A stretch of DNA of 64,000 bases from Candidatus Kapaibacterium sp. (GCA_963664875.1 OY761611.1:544001-608000), one strand, 5' to 3'; positions 1 through 10,970 are shown, counted from the stretch's first letter. The notes: generated by a model from the sequence alone, not told the origin. Translations and numbers: made by a program.

Positions 1-1736
1 AAGCTTTGTTGTTCTTTTGAAATCCCGATTCCTGTATCTTCAACAGAAAAAATCAAATTCAGTTTAGATGTATCATGCTCATGTTCTTCTGCCTGTGCAG
101 AAATTTTTATATATCCGGTTTCTGTAAATTTTACAGCATTCCCTACAAGATTCACTAAAACTTGTCTCAATCTGATTTCATCTAACACAAGTCCTTTAGG
201 AATATCATTATCTATGTGAAGAATAAGCTCCAAGCCCTTTTCTTCCATTTTGAAAGCAAATATCTGTTTTACTTCTAAAAATATACTATGCGGATTGACA
301 GCATCGTATTCGAGCTCTAACCTTCCTGCTTCAATTTTAGAAAGATCGAGAATATCATTTATCAAACCGAGCAATGATTTGCCGCTTGAAGATATTGCAT
401 CAACATAAGAATTTAACTGAGGATTTTGCAACTTCCCTATAAGTAATTGAGAAAAGCCAAGGATAGCATTCATCGGAGTCCTAATTTCATGACTCATATT
501 TGCCAAAAACTCTGATTTAGCTTTGTTAGCATTCTCTGCTTCTATCTTTGCTTTTTGCAATGCCTTTTCCATAAGCTTTCTTTCAGTAATATCTCTCACT
601 ATAGAAATTGCATTTGCACTATTTCTAATTTGCACTGCAGAAAGAGATAATTCGACATTGATTTTTTTCATTTCTTTTGTGATTGCCATCAATTCCGCAG
701 TTTGTCCTGTAAAAGATAGGTTTTTGGATAGTTTATGATGTTTGGCATCTTGAAGTACAGTAATAGCATCATCTTCAAAAAACTGAACAATATTTGCACC
801 TATAGCTTCTTCTTCCGAATACTTAAATATTTTTTGAGCAGCTTTATTCCAGAAAGTAACAATCCCGGTTTCATCAGTAATTATTATTGCATCAGTAGCG
901 GATTCTGTCAGCGATCTGAATTTTTCTTCGCTTTCAAGAATTTTTGCCTGTATTATTTCTTTCGAGCGAATTTCTTCATTCAGCTCATCAAGTGTATGTT
1001 GAAGTTTAAAATTTCTATCTTCCAAAGCTTCTACCATATTGTTAAAAGAACCGGCAAGCTCGCGAATCTCTCTACCACCTTTCAGATTGTCAGCACGTTG
1101 CGAAATCTTACCATAAGAAATAGTTCTTGCGGTTTCGCTCAATTTTTTAAGTGGTATGGTCATATATCTAGAAATGAAAACAGCAAGACTGATGCCTCCT
1201 AAAAGTATAAATAGTGTACGAACACCAAATTCTCCTGCGGTTTCTTCTCTTTTAGAAATTATCTGATCGGTATTAAATCCAATAAATATTTCACCTGTGA
1301 ATGGAGTTCCATCAGATAACTTAGTTTCAAATTTTTTGCTACGAACAGCAATACCTTTATTCAATCCTGTCTTTTTTGATAAAGCAAGTAATTGCTGATA
1401 ATCAAACTTTAGTTCATTAGGAAAAGAAAGAAAGACTTCAGAGTTTTGTTTATCTTTCTCAATAATTGTAAAAAACTTTATCTCAGAATCTTTTGTCAGC
1501 CAAGTCGAAACCTTATCTATCATTGAATAATTCTCTTCCATAAGCCCGTATTCTAAACCAAAGACAACAAAATTCAGTTTTGCATCTGCACTTTTTTCGA
1601 AACCTTCTTTAAAAGTATCTTTATGTATATGAATTGTAAAGAAATAGAAATAAGTAGATATAGCAAGGATAGAAACTGTAAACAGCATTACCAGCTGGGT
1701 ACTAACTTTGAAAGTAGAAAAATATGATATCTTCAT
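1..1736 (-). CDS. Membrane sensor histidine kinase (TM-periplasmic-TM-HAMP-PAS-HisKA-HATPase), 3' end truncated by window edge
   Basis: Absent from the ORF track because there is no stop in the window. Manual translation from the ATG at 1736 (AGGA RBS just upstream) gives MKISYFSTFKVSTQLVMLFTVSILAISTYFYFF..., in frame with H-box KAKSEFLANMSHEIRTPMNAILGFS (~460-525), N-box RQVLVNLVGNAVKFT and G1 VEDTGIGI. Confidence 0.9.
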   Translation of the reverse strand, partial: MKISYFSTFKVSTQLVMLFTVSILAISTYFYFFTIHIHKDTFKEGFEKSADAKLNFVVFGLEYGLMEENYSMIDKVSTWLTKDSEIKFFTIIEKDKQNSEVFLSFPNELKFDYQQLLALSKKTGLNKGIAVRSKKFETKLSDGTPFTGEIFIGFNTDQIISKREETAGEFGVRTLFILLGGISLAVFISRYMTIPLKKLSETARTISYGKISQRADNLKGGREIRELAGSFNNMVEALEDRNFKLQHTLDELNEEIRSKEIIQAKILESEEKFRSLTESATDAIIITDETGIVTFWNKAAQKIFKYSEEEAIGANIVQFFEDDAITVLQDAKHHKLSKNLSFTGQTAELMAITKEMKKINVELSLSAVQIRNSANAISIVRDITERKLMEKALQKAKIEAENANKAKSEFLANMSHEIRTPMNAILGFSQLLIGKLQNPQLNSYVDAISSSGKSLLGLINDILDLSKIEAGRLELEYDAVNPHSIFLEVKQIFAFKMEEKGLELILHIDNDIPKGLVLDEIRLRQVLVNLVGNAVKFTETGYIKISAQAEEHEHDTSKLNLIFSVEDTGIGISKEQQS

Positions 1737-1747
1737 TTTATAATTCC

Positions 1748-2176
1748 TTAAATACTAATTGTAGCAATGACCCTAACGTTGTTATTCACTGAATCTAAAG
1801 CTACATAGCCTATAGCACCCGGAGTATTTTGTACTTCTTTGAGTATTTCGCTGTCAGTTTTGAAAGTTTTTGGAGCCTGACCTTTCCCGGAAAATTGCTT
1901 TCTTATCCATATTTTTTGGAGTTTAGAACTTGATAAATCTAATCGCTTATAAAAAGCAGATTTCAAATCATCTTCACCCTTTTTATCAATAACTACAATT
2001 TTTGCTCCATCCTCCCAATACTGCTTATTTAGTGTATAAATATCTGAAAGAATATTTTTATCAAATACTTTTTCTTTTACTGATTTATTTACTACAATGG
2101 CAATAGTAAGTTGCTCTTCTGAGTAGCTAACAACAGAAAAGATAAATATTAGCAATATGTAAAGCATTTTTTTCAT
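1748..2176 (-). CDS. Small secreted periplasmic-binding-protein-like protein (PstS/PBP2 half-domain family)
   Basis: Signal peptide MKKMLYILLIFIFSVVSYS; motifs IAIVVN, W.DG.KI, and EVQNTPGAIGYV typical of the small 'phosphate ABC substrate-binding'-like proteins found beside porins. Start moved to the ATG at 2176, 1 nt after the porin stop. Confidence 0.75.
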   Translation of the reverse strand: MKKMLYILLIFIFSVVSYSEEQLTIAIVVNKSVKEKVFDKNILSDIYTLNKQYWEDGAKIVVIDKKGEDDLKSAFYKRLDLSSSKLQKIWIRKQFSGKGQAPKTFKTDSEILKEVQNTPGAIGYVALDSVNNNVRVIATISI

Positions 2177-2177
2177 A

Positions 2178-3386
2178 TCAGAAAAGTACACTCAAAGCAA
2201 ACACGTACATATCTACATCGAAATTGAAATAAATGTTTTCGTTGCTACCTATTTCATAAGACTGAGAGTGGTTCAGATACTGAGCCTTACCAACGACATT
2301 GGGTAGGATTTTATACCCTGCTCCAAAACTCAAATCTTTTGTATTTAAATGGTCAATGGTATTTGTGATTGAGTTATATCTTGTATAGATAAACAAGTCA
2401 TCGGTAATATTATAAAGCACAGAACCAAGATATGATAATATATAAAATTCTTCCTGATTCATTAGTTTGTGTGTATTTAGTTTGTGCTCTTCAACAAAAT
2501 CTTGAGGAGAAGCATTATAATCTACATAAATAAACTCTCCATCTATTTCAATTCCTGAAAAATTGAAATTCATATCCCAACCAATACGCCATCTTTCGAT
2601 GCTACCCATCGGAGATTGCCACATTAGAAACATTGAATCTTGTCGATTATCGTAGTCGTGAGTAAAAGAAAAACCCATGCGTGCAGTTTCGCAAGCTGAG
2701 TGTATTCCAAGGCGAGCACCAATAAGTTTCTCTTTCTCAGTATTGGGGTCTATTCCACTAACAATATCAGAGAGTGCATATTCTTTGGATTCTTTATTAG
2801 TGATAATATAACTATCCTCACTATTACCTAAAAATAGACTATAATCTAATCTGATGTTGGACAAAAGAGGCACTATACCATGCAATTGTAAAAATGCTCT
2901 GTTCGGTATCAAATCTTCAACATTAAAAAGATTATTTAATATCTTTTCATAATAAACCGGTCTAATAATGTAGGGTAATATTGGTAGTTTGTTTCTATAT
3001 TCGTTATTATAATTAAACTTCGGAATAATTTGTCCAAATTGAATGTTTAGCTCATCACTTAAAGCTATTTGTGCCCAAGCTTCTTGAATTTCAAATTGTC
3101 CCCAATCCTTTTCTGATGAATAATTCCAATTGAATGTAACATCAGCAAAAGCTTTGATATTGTAGTCAAATTCATTACTAAACATTAGATCAAATTGCTG
3201 GAGAGCAAAAGTGTTGTTTTTTATAGATTCCTCTCCCTGCATTGGTAACATTGTGTTTTTAAATGATACCTTATTATCTCTATGCATAAATAAGCTTTGC
3301 ATAGAGCCAAATATGTCCATTGATTGACTATAAAGTTCAATGGAACACAATACTATACAAAAAGATAATGTTATAAACTTATTCAT
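2178..3386 (-). CDS. Outer-membrane beta-barrel porin (OprO/P-like family)
   Basis: Signal peptide, FEIQEAWAQ..LNIQFGQIIPKF motif, alternating amphipathic strands, C-terminal Phe (YVFALSVLF). Confidence 0.75.
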   Translation of the reverse strand: MNKFITLSFCIVLCSIELYSQSMDIFGSMQSLFMHRDNKVSFKNTMLPMQGEESIKNNTFALQQFDLMFSNEFDYNIKAFADVTFNWNYSSEKDWGQFEIQEAWAQIALSDELNIQFGQIIPKFNYNNEYRNKLPILPYIIRPVYYEKILNNLFNVEDLIPNRAFLQLHGIVPLLSNIRLDYSLFLGNSEDSYIITNKESKEYALSDIVSGIDPNTEKEKLIGARLGIHSACETARMGFSFTHDYDNRQDSMFLMWQSPMGSIERWRIGWDMNFNFSGIEIDGEFIYVDYNASPQDFVEEHKLNTHKLMNQEEFYILSYLGSVLYNITDDLFIYTRYNSITNTIDHLNTKDLSFGAGYKILPNVVGKAQYLNHSQSYEIGSNENIYFNFDVDMYVFALSVLF

Positions 3387-4503
3387 TTATTTCATTTGCT
3401 ATTGGATGTTCAACAATAAAACAAGCTCCATCTTTATAGTCTGAGTCAAGTATAATGGTAGCGTCCATCAAGTCCAAATATCTTTTAACTATCGAAAGGC
3501 CGAGCCCGGTAGAATTTTCGTTATTTGTCGGACGGGCTGATAGTTTAGCAAATTTTGTAAATAGTTTTGATTTGTCGTCTTCAGTAAAGCCCTGCCCCTG
3601 ATCTTTTACTATTATTTGTATGTTATTATCAACCTTAACAAGATCAATAAAAACTTTTTTATCAAAAGGCGAATATTTTACAGCATTTGAAATTAAATTG
3701 TCCAATACTTGAGTAATTGCATTCAGGTCAGTATAAATATAAGCGTCATCTGTCTTATCATTTAATTCTATTTCGAGATTTTTTTCTTCACATTGCAATT
3801 TATAATTTGAAATCATTTCTCTTACAAGAGATGCAGGATCTATCATTTCTTTTCGTAATGTAACTTTGCCCTCTTCAATCAAATTTACATTTAGAAGCTC
3901 TGATATTAACTGAAACATTTTACTGCTGGATGTAATAATATCTTGCGCAAATTCTACGACTTCATCTCTTGTTAGGTCTTCTGTATCCCGTAAGATTTTG
4001 CCAAGCATTGTCATTGTATTTATTGGATTTTTCAAATCATGGGCAGCAATGCTTAAAAACTCGCTTTTATCTTGGTTTAGTTTTTCAAGCTGAGTCTTTT
4101 GCTTTTCAAGTGTTTTTAAATATTTTACAATATTCAACTGAGTTTTTACTCTCGCAATTAGCTCAGGTGCTTTAAATGGTTTAGTTATATAATCAACTGC
4201 CCCTAATTCGAATGCTTTGACTATATCTTCTGTTCCAATTTTTGCGGTCAAAAATATTACAGGAATCTTTGAAGTCTTTTCATGCTTTTTAAGCTCCTGA
4301 AAAACTTGAAAACCATCCATCTCCGGCATCATTATATCAAGTAATATCAAATCAGGCTCAATGCGTTTAGATATTTCAATGGCTGATAAACCATTTGTAG
4401 CGATTGAAATATCAGCTTTCAATTCTTTCAAATGAGTGCCCACAACTTGAATATTTGTTGTATTGTCATCTACGATTAGTACTTTAAAATCAGAATAATC
4501 CAT
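3379..4503 (-). CDS. Hybrid response regulator/histidine kinase (REC-HisKA-HATPase)
   Basis: VLIVDD, DLILLDIMMPEMDG, FLTA, DYITKPF; H-box AAHDLKNP; NLISNAVKYS; DQGQG; STGLGL. Confidence 0.95.
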   Translation of the reverse strand: MDYSDFKVLIVDDNTTNIQVVGTHLKELKADISIATNGLSAIEISKRIEPDLILLDIMMPEMDGFQVFQELKKHEKTSKIPVIFLTAKIGTEDIVKAFELGAVDYITKPFKAPELIARVKTQLNIVKYLKTLEKQKTQLEKLNQDKSEFLSIAAHDLKNPINTMTMLGKILRDTEDLTRDEVVEFAQDIITSSSKMFQLISELLNVNLIEEGKVTLRKEMIDPASLVREMISNYKLQCEEKNLEIELNDKTDDAYIYTDLNAITQVLDNLISNAVKYSPFDKKVFIDLVKVDNNIQIIVKDQGQGFTEDDKSKLFTKFAKLSARPTNNENSTGLGLSIVKRYLDLMDATIILDSDYKDGACFIVEHPIANEINE

Positions 4504-4521
4504 AACATTCTTCTCTATTTT

Positions 4522-7500
4522 TTAGATTTTATATTTTTTTATTGACGCATCTATCAAATGTAACATTTTAAGAGTATTTTCTATATCGAATCTTTGCAAA
4601 GCTGCAATCAAATCATTAGCATAAGATTTAAGCCCTAATATTTTTTTCTTTTCAGATAGTTCAATAATTTTTTTGGATAAAGCTTTTACATCACTTAATA
4701 CAAAGTATTTCAAGCAACTTTCTATTTCTGGATATAGTGCATTATAATGTTCAATGTTATCAAGAATTTCAAAATTATATCCTACATCTATTGATTCATC
4801 TTCTTCAACAAAAGTAATTTTGTCAGGCAACAAGTCAGACATTAAAGAGTTTAATGCTTTGAAATGTACAGGTTTTTGGATAAAACCATCTATAAGTCCG
4901 AGTGTATCCATATCAATTTCTTGCTTGGACGAAGAGCTTACTAGTATAACTTTGCTTGACATTAAAGATTCCTCTGATTTTATCTTGATAAGTAACTCTT
5001 TTCCGCTCATATTTGGCATTTTATAATCTAAAAGAACAATATCATATTTCTGCTTCTTTAATAATTCTAAAGCTTTTTCTCCATTATCTGAAATTAAAAC
5101 AGAAACGCCTTCATCTGCATAGTAAGTTTTTACAACTTCCATGCTGTAAACAACGTCATCAACAATCATAAGTTTCACATTGTCAAACTTATAATTCACA
5201 ATTTTTGAGTCATTTGTGTCCGCTTTTGCAATTTCTGTTTTGTATTTAAGATTATATAGTTCGATAGTAAATCTTGAACCTACATTTATTTGAGACTCAA
5301 CATAAATACTCCCCCCCATAATCTCAGTCAAACGTTTTGATATAGCAAGTCCTAAACCGGTACCTCCATATTTCTTTGCATCTTGACCTTCTTGCTGTGT
5401 AAATTCTTCGAATATACTCTCAAGACTTTCCGGTTTTATACCAATTCCGGTATCTTGTACTGTTACCTTAATACTTTGTGTATAATCACTATTTTCCAAT
5501 ACATTTACTATTACGGAAACACTTCCGTTTTCAGTAAATTTTACAGCATTTCCGATTAGATTAAGTAGTATTTGTCTGACTCGCACTTCATCGATATAGA
5601 GATATTCTGCCAAATCATCGGAATATGTTATTGTTAAGGCTATTTCTTTTTGTTCAGCTTTATAGCTAAACATTTGGATTACTTCATCAAACATATTTTT
5701 TGTATTGACAAAATCAGGCTCAATATCTATTTTTCCTGCTTCGATTTTAGATAAATCCAGTATATCATTGATAAGTTCTAATAGGCTATTTCCTGCATTT
5801 GAAATATATTTTAGATATTTCAAATCGGTTACATCTGCTAATCTGTTTTGGAGTATTTCGGAAAAACCTATAATTGCATTCATAGGAGTACGAATCTCAT
5901 GACTCATACTTGCTAAGAATTTAGATTTTGCTGCGGTTGCTTCTTCAGCCTTCATTTTTGCTTCAGCTATCTCACTTATAGCATTTTCTAATTCCGTTTT
6001 ACTTTTTTCCAGATCATTTGTCAATATTTCTAAATCAGAACTATACCATATTAATTTATCGTTGGCTTTTTTCCAGTCTGAAATATCATTGAACACCCAG
6101 ATTCTATAGGATATTTTCCCATCTTGAATCAATACTTTATGGTTATACTCTATAATTTTTTTATTTTTAAGATACATGAGATCAAAAACTTCAATCTCCG
6201 GCATTTCAAATACTCCGGAAATCATATTTAGAAAATCTTCTGCATTTATCAGACTTTCAGCAATCACTTCAAAAAGTTTTTTTTCACTTTTACCTATAAC
6301 TTGTTTTTTGCTTATGCCAAAGAAAGATTCTAAATTTGAATTACATTCAATAATCCGTCCTGAATTATTAACTAAAATAATGGCTTCATTTATCGAAGAT
6401 AGTATTTTATTCTGAATGTTGTTTGCCGTAATCAGAGTTTCCTGCGACTTCCTTATAAAAGTCAAATCTTGAACACCACCGAGCATTTGAATTGGATTGC
6501 CATCATTATCCATAATCACTGTCCCGCTACCAATAACATGTTTTACTTCAGCACTCGGAGTTACAATTCTATGTTCAACTTTATATGATATTTTTTCTGT
6601 GAGAGCCTTTTGAAATGTCTCTCTCACTCTTTGTATGTCATTAGGATGGATAAGTTTAAGATAGCTTTCCACAGAGCCATCAAAATCATTAGGAAGAATA
6701 TCAAATATTTTATATGTGTTTTCTGACCATGTAATAATTCGGTTTTTTAAATTCAAACTCCAATGACCGATACCGGAAATCCTTTGTATCTCAAAAAGAA
6801 GCTTTTCTTTTTTTTCTAAATCTAAACGAGCATCATGAATTTTCGTTATGTCTAATCCAAAAATTGCAAGGCCACTATTGACTTTAAATGCAGAAATAAA
6901 AATCCTTTTACGCGTACCGTTGGGAAAGTAAAAATCTTCTTCATACTCTAAAACACTTCCTGTTTTTAGTAAATCTCTATACTGACTTATTCTATATTGC
7001 TTATTTGGACCAACAGTAAGATCTTCGATATTCATCTTAACAATTTTTTCTTCGGAAATCCCTGTAATTTTTATTGCTTTTTTATTAGATTTCATAACAT
7101 TGAGGTTAGAATCAAATATTATAATTCCAATAGAAGATTGATCTAATAAAGAGTCAATTCTCAAATAATCATAGTCTCTTGATAGATAGACATTTTCTTG
7201 TTTCGATACCTGATAACTATCTTCGTATTCCGAATTAACTATTGATTTTATATCTGTAAAGACATATACTGTTATGTTTGATACGCCATGTTTGAAGACA
7301 GAAAAATCAAGTAGTATATTTTCACCATGTATATTTAGTTCAAATCGTGTTTTATTATCTTTTGATTTATCAAAATCACTCTCTAAGCTGTCGATAATAG
7401 ACTGATTGGATGTATTCAATGCAGATACATCACAATTGAGAAAGTTATCTCCCATAAGTTCCTTAAAATGAATATTGCCATAGAATATCTTGTTGTCAAT

Positions 7501-7575
7501 CACTCCAAATACTATACCCGGGAAATTAGCATAGCAATTTTCAAATTCTCTAATAGTTTTACTTAGATCTTGCAT
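4522..7575 (-). CDS. Cytoplasmic multi-PAS hybrid histidine kinase with C-terminal REC
   Basis: Several PAS/PAC repeats (GHWSLNL..ITWSENTY..IHPND), H-box FLASMSHEIRTPMNAI, NLIGNAVKFT, GGTGLGL, REC IVDD..LLDYKMP..KP. ATG at 7575 preferred over TTG at 7632. Confidence 0.93.
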   Translation of the reverse strand: MQDLSKTIREFENCYANFPGIVFGVIDNKIFYGNIHFKELMGDNFLNCDVSALNTSNQSIIDSLESDFDKSKDNKTRFELNIHGENILLDFSVFKHGVSNITVYVFTDIKSIVNSEYEDSYQVSKQENVYLSRDYDYLRIDSLLDQSSIGIIIFDSNLNVMKSNKKAIKITGISEEKIVKMNIEDLTVGPNKQYRISQYRDLLKTGSVLEYEEDFYFPNGTRKRIFISAFKVNSGLAIFGLDITKIHDARLDLEKKEKLLFEIQRISGIGHWSLNLKNRIITWSENTYKIFDILPNDFDGSVESYLKLIHPNDIQRVRETFQKALTEKISYKVEHRIVTPSAEVKHVIGSGTVIMDNDGNPIQMLGGVQDLTFIRKSQETLITANNIQNKILSSINEAIILVNNSGRIIECNSNLESFFGISKKQVIGKSEKKLFEVIAESLINAEDFLNMISGVFEMPEIEVFDLMYLKNKKIIEYNHKVLIQDGKISYRIWVFNDISDWKKANDKLIWYSSDLEILTNDLEKSKTELENAISEIAEAKMKAEEATAAKSKFLASMSHEIRTPMNAIIGFSEILQNRLADVTDLKYLKYISNAGNSLLELINDILDLSKIEAGKIDIEPDFVNTKNMFDEVIQMFSYKAEQKEIALTITYSDDLAEYLYIDEVRVRQILLNLIGNAVKFTENGSVSVIVNVLENSDYTQSIKVTVQDTGIGIKPESLESIFEEFTQQEGQDAKKYGGTGLGLAISKRLTEIMGGSIYVESQINVGSRFTIELYNLKYKTEIAKADTNDSKIVNYKFDNVKLMIVDDVVYSMEVVKTYYADEGVSVLISDNGEKALELLKKQKYDIVLLDYKMPNMSGKELLIKIKSEESLMSSKVILVSSSSKQEIDMDTLGLIDGFIQKPVHFKALNSLMSDLLPDKITFVEEDESIDVGYNFEILDNIEHYNALYPEIESCLKYFVLSDVKALSKKIIELSEKKKILGLKSYANDLIAALQRFDIENTLKMLHLIDASIKKYKI

Positions 7576-7880
7576 ATTAAAAATCCAATCTGTTATAAGG
7601 TACCTTATCAATAAGGACGCAGAACTCTTCAATAAAATAAATAAAAATTATGAGACTCAAAAAACTAAGTTATTGCCTAGCTAAAGTTATTGAACCACTC
7701 TCTTGTATATTACTATTTAAGACTATAATAAATAAAGAGATATGTGATATTGTCTGATTTACCAAGAGTATCTTTCTATAATGTTTTTTATCTGACTGCA
7801 AAAAACATTTGTATATTATATACATTTAATCTATCTTAGCGTCCTTAATTACAGTATTACAAACTTTGCGGCATAATATT

Positions 7881-10076
7881 ATGACATCATTACTTTACTT
7901 AATTCCCATAGCTGGTATTTTAGGGCTTGGCTATACTATGATGAATTATTATTGGGTATCAAAACAAGATGTTGGCTCGGAAAAAATGGCAAAGATTGCC
8001 AAATACATTAGCGACGGTGCTATGGCTTTTTTGGGGGCAGAATACAGAATACTATCCATTTTCGTTTTGATCGTAGCTATAATGCTTGGATTTCAGGGCA
8101 GTCAGCAGGAAAATTCGCATTGGTTCGTTGCAATTTCATTTGTTTTCGGAGCTTTTTGTTCTGCTTTAGCAGGCTATATCGGGATGAAAATAGCTACAAA
8201 AGCGAATGTTCGTACTACTAATGCTGCTCAAACTTCTCTCAATAGAGCACTAAATGTTGCTTTTAAAGGTGGCTCGGTTATGGGTATGGGAGTTGTTGGA
8301 CTTGGCGTATTAGGACTTAGCACTCTATTTTTAATTTATGCAGCATATTTTGATGCATTCAATACCGGAAAAGACTCTATAGAAACAGTTATCACAGTTG
8401 TTACAGGATTTTCTTTTGGAGCTTCGTCAATAGCATTATTCGCCAGAGTAGGTGGTGGTATTTACACAAAAGCAGCAGATGTCGGTGCTGATTTAGTGGG
8501 TAAAGTTGAAGCAGGTATCCCTGAAGATCACCCTCTAAATCCGGCAACAATAGCCGATAACGTTGGCGATAACGTTGGTGATGTTGCAGGAATGGGGGCA
8601 GATTTGTTCGAATCATATGTTGGATCAATCATTGCAGCTATGGTACTTGGTACTGCTTTTTACAATATTTCTGAACTTCAGACCACTTATTTTGGTTCCT
8701 TATCTGCCATATTGCTCCCATTATTTATCGCAGCGTCAGGAATTTTAGTATCAATAGTAGGTACTTACTTTGTTAGCGTAAAGGAAAACGAGAATCCTCA
8801 AAAAGGTTTGAATAAAGGTACATTTATTGCCTCAGCTTTGATGATTGTCGTCTCGTATTTTATCATTGACGCAATCATGCCATCTGCCTTTATGTTTGAA
8901 GATCCACTCTATGGCACGATTTACGAAATTTCTTCCTTAGGAATATTTTTGTCAACAATAGTAGGTCTTGCTGCAGGTGTTGGAATTGGTCTAATAACAG
9001 AATATTATACCGGTTTAGGGAAAAAGCCTGTAAGAAAAATAGCTGAGAAATCAATCACAGGGCATGCAACAAATATTATTGCAGGGCTGGAAACAGGCAT
9101 GATGTCAACTGCAATACCCGTTTTATTGATTGCAATTTCAATTGTTCTTTCTTTTGATTTCGCAGGTCTATACGGTATCGCAATTGCAGCTGTAGGTATG
9201 TTGGCAACAACCGGCATTCAGTTAGCTGTTGATGCTTATGGTCCAATCTCTGACAACGCAGGCGGAATAGCAGAGATGTCGGAATTACCTCATTCAGTTC
9301 GAAAAATTACTGATAAATTAGATGCCGTGGGAAATTCAACTGCTGCCATCGGTAAGGGTTTTGCAATTGGTTCAGCCGCCTTGACTGCTTTAGCGCTATT
9401 TGGTGCATTTATGACAGCTGCTCATATCAAAACAATCGACATTTCTAAAGCGAATGTAATGGCAGGCTTATTTGTAGGTGGAATTATGCCTTTTGTCTTT
9501 TCTGCTCTCTCAATGGGAGCGGTAGGACGTGCTGCAATGTCTATGATTCAAGAAGTTAGAAGACAATTCAAAAATATTCCGGAATTAAAAGCAGCTTTAG
9601 AAGTCATGCGTAAAAATGAAAATACGGAAATGACTGATTGGACAGTTGAAGATTTAGCAGTATATCATAATGCCGATGGAAAGGCAGAATATGCTAAGTG
9701 CGTCGAGATTTCTACAAAAGCATCTATTAGAGAGATGATGCTTCCGGGACTTTTGGCAGTAATTGTACCTGTTGTTGTCGGATTTGTCTTCAAAGCTGAA
9801 GCATTAGGCGGGTTGCTTGCCGGTGTTACAGTAAGTGGTGTATTGCTTGCAATCTTTCAATCAAATGCAGGCGGTGCTTGGGACAATGCCAAAAAAATGT
9901 TTGAAGAAGGTATAACAATTGACAATGAAGTTTACAAGAAAGGTTCTGAGCCACATAAGGCTGCCGTTACCGGAGATACTGTCGGCGATCCGTTTAAAGA
10001 TACTTCAGGGCCATCTTTGAATATTCTAATTAAGCTTATGTCAATAGTTTCTTTAGTCATCGCAGCTTCAATATAG
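7881..10076 (+). CDS. hppA: K+-dependent membrane-integral pyrophosphatase (probably Na+-translocating)
   Basis: [34 protein letters not shown] and [14 protein letters not shown] signature motifs. GNSTAA (Ala) indicates K+ dependence; DLFESY carries the helix-6 Glu as in Na+-PPases. Confidence 0.96.
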   Translation: MTSLLYLIPIAGILGLGYTMMNYYWVSKQDVGSEKMAKIAKYISDGAMAFLGAEYRILSIFVLIVAIMLGFQGSQQENSHWFVAISFVFGAFCSALAGYIGMKIATKANVRTTNAAQTSLNRALNVAFKGGSVMGMGVVGLGVLGLSTLFLIYAAYFDAFNTGKDSIETVITVVTGFSFGASSIALFARVGGGIYTKAADVGADLVGKVEAGIPEDHPLNPATIADNVGDNVGDVAGMGADLFESYVGSIIAAMVLGTAFYNISELQTTYFGSLSAILLPLFIAASGILVSIVGTYFVSVKENENPQKGLNKGTFIASALMIVVSYFIIDAIMPSAFMFEDPLYGTIYEISSLGIFLSTIVGLAAGVGIGLITEYYTGLGKKPVRKIAEKSITGHATNIIAGLETGMMSTAIPVLLIAISIVLSFDFAGLYGIAIAAVGMLATTGIQLAVDAYGPISDNAGGIAEMSELPHSVRKITDKLDAVGNSTAAIGKGFAIGSAALTALALFGAFMTAAHIKTIDISKANVMAGLFVGGIMPFVFSALSMGAVGRAAMSMIQEVRRQFKNIPELKAALEVMRKNENTEMTDWTVEDLAVYHNADGKAEYAKCVEISTKASIREMMLPGLLAVIVPVVVGFVFKAEALGGLLAGVTVSGVLLAIFQSNAGGAWDNAKKMFEEGITIDNEVYKKGSEPHKAAVTGDTVGDPFKDTSGPSLNILIKLMSIVSLVIAASI

Positions 10077-10137
10077 TGTAAATAAACAACGAGATATTTC
10101 GTCAAGCATGCAATATCAAATCAATTAGGAGTATATT

Positions 10138-10866
10138 ATGTTTAAAAAAATATTTTTCTTGCCTGTTGCAGCTACTTTAATGTTTTCTTGTAGCGACGCA
10201 CCAAAACAGCAAAACCTACCTGAAGGAGTTCATCAGATAGTTGTTACTCAAACAACACCTGCTACTCGATATTCAGTGATGGAAGTATCCGAAAATGATA
10301 CTAAATACTGGATTTCTACTTCCCCTATAGAAGTTAAAGTAGGCGATACCCTCTATTATACCGATGCTTTGAAGCAAATGAACTTCGAAGTTAAAGAATT
10401 AGACAAAGTATTTGATGAGTTGTATTTGGTTAACGATGTATCAAAAACACTCAATCAACAACCACAGCAAGATATTGGAGAAATGAAACACCCTAATACT
10501 CAATCAGGTTTCAATTCAGACATTAAACTCTCAATCCCAGAAGGTGGCGTTTCTATTGCTGATTTGCACACAAATGCTGAAAATTACATCGGAAAAAAAG
10601 TTAAACTCATCGGTAAAGTTGTCAAATTTAACGAAGCTATATTGAGTACTAACTGGATACATATTCAAGACGGTACAGGTTCAGAATCTCAAAACAATTT
10701 TGATTTGACTCTAACTACTAAAGATGTAGCCGCTGTTGGCGATGTCATTGTAATAGAAGGTATTTTAAACAAAGATGTTGATTTCGGCTCTGGTTACAAG
10801 TATGACTTAATAGTTCAGGAAGCGACTATTGTAAACAAAGAGCAAAGCAAAGGAGCGAATATCTAA
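10138..10866 (+). CDS. Lipoprotein with tandem OB-fold domains (NrfJ-like family)
   Basis: Lipobox LMFS-C; C-terminal GKVVKFN..NWIHIQDGTG..DLTLTT..DFGSGYKY OB-fold pattern; AGGAG RBS. Confidence 0.65.
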   Translation: MFKKIFFLPVAATLMFSCSDAPKQQNLPEGVHQIVVTQTTPATRYSVMEVSENDTKYWISTSPIEVKVGDTLYYTDALKQMNFEVKELDKVFDELYLVNDVSKTLNQQPQQDIGEMKHPNTQSGFNSDIKLSIPEGGVSIADLHTNAENYIGKKVKLIGKVVKFNEAILSTNWIHIQDGTGSESQNNFDLTLTTKDVAAVGDVIVIEGILNKDVDFGSGYKYDLIVQEATIVNKEQSKGANI

Positions 10867-10889
10867 ATTCTCATAATTTAAATATGGTA

Positions 10890-10932
10890 AAAAAAACAGT
10901 CCGGTATTTTCATTTACTCGGACTGTTTTTTT
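10890..10932. terminator. Bidirectional intrinsic terminator
   Basis: aaaaaaacagtccg...cggactgttttttt inverted repeat with A/T tails between convergent genes. Confidence 0.85.
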
Positions 10933-10970
10933 GTTATTGTTTTTGTGTTAGTTTTTTAAGGATTTAGCTT

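Noticed and set aside
523-1202. Plus-strand ORFs 523-738 and 735-1202
   Set aside because: Antisense shadows of the edge-truncated minus-strand histidine kinase (1-1736).
1748-3386. Pst phosphate uptake system
   Set aside because: No pstC/A/B or phoU in view; the PBP is half-size and flanked by kinases.
8553-8560. Perfect sigma28 -10 box GCCGATAA
   Set aside because: Inside the conserved ADNVGD coding motif of hppA, with no properly spaced -35.
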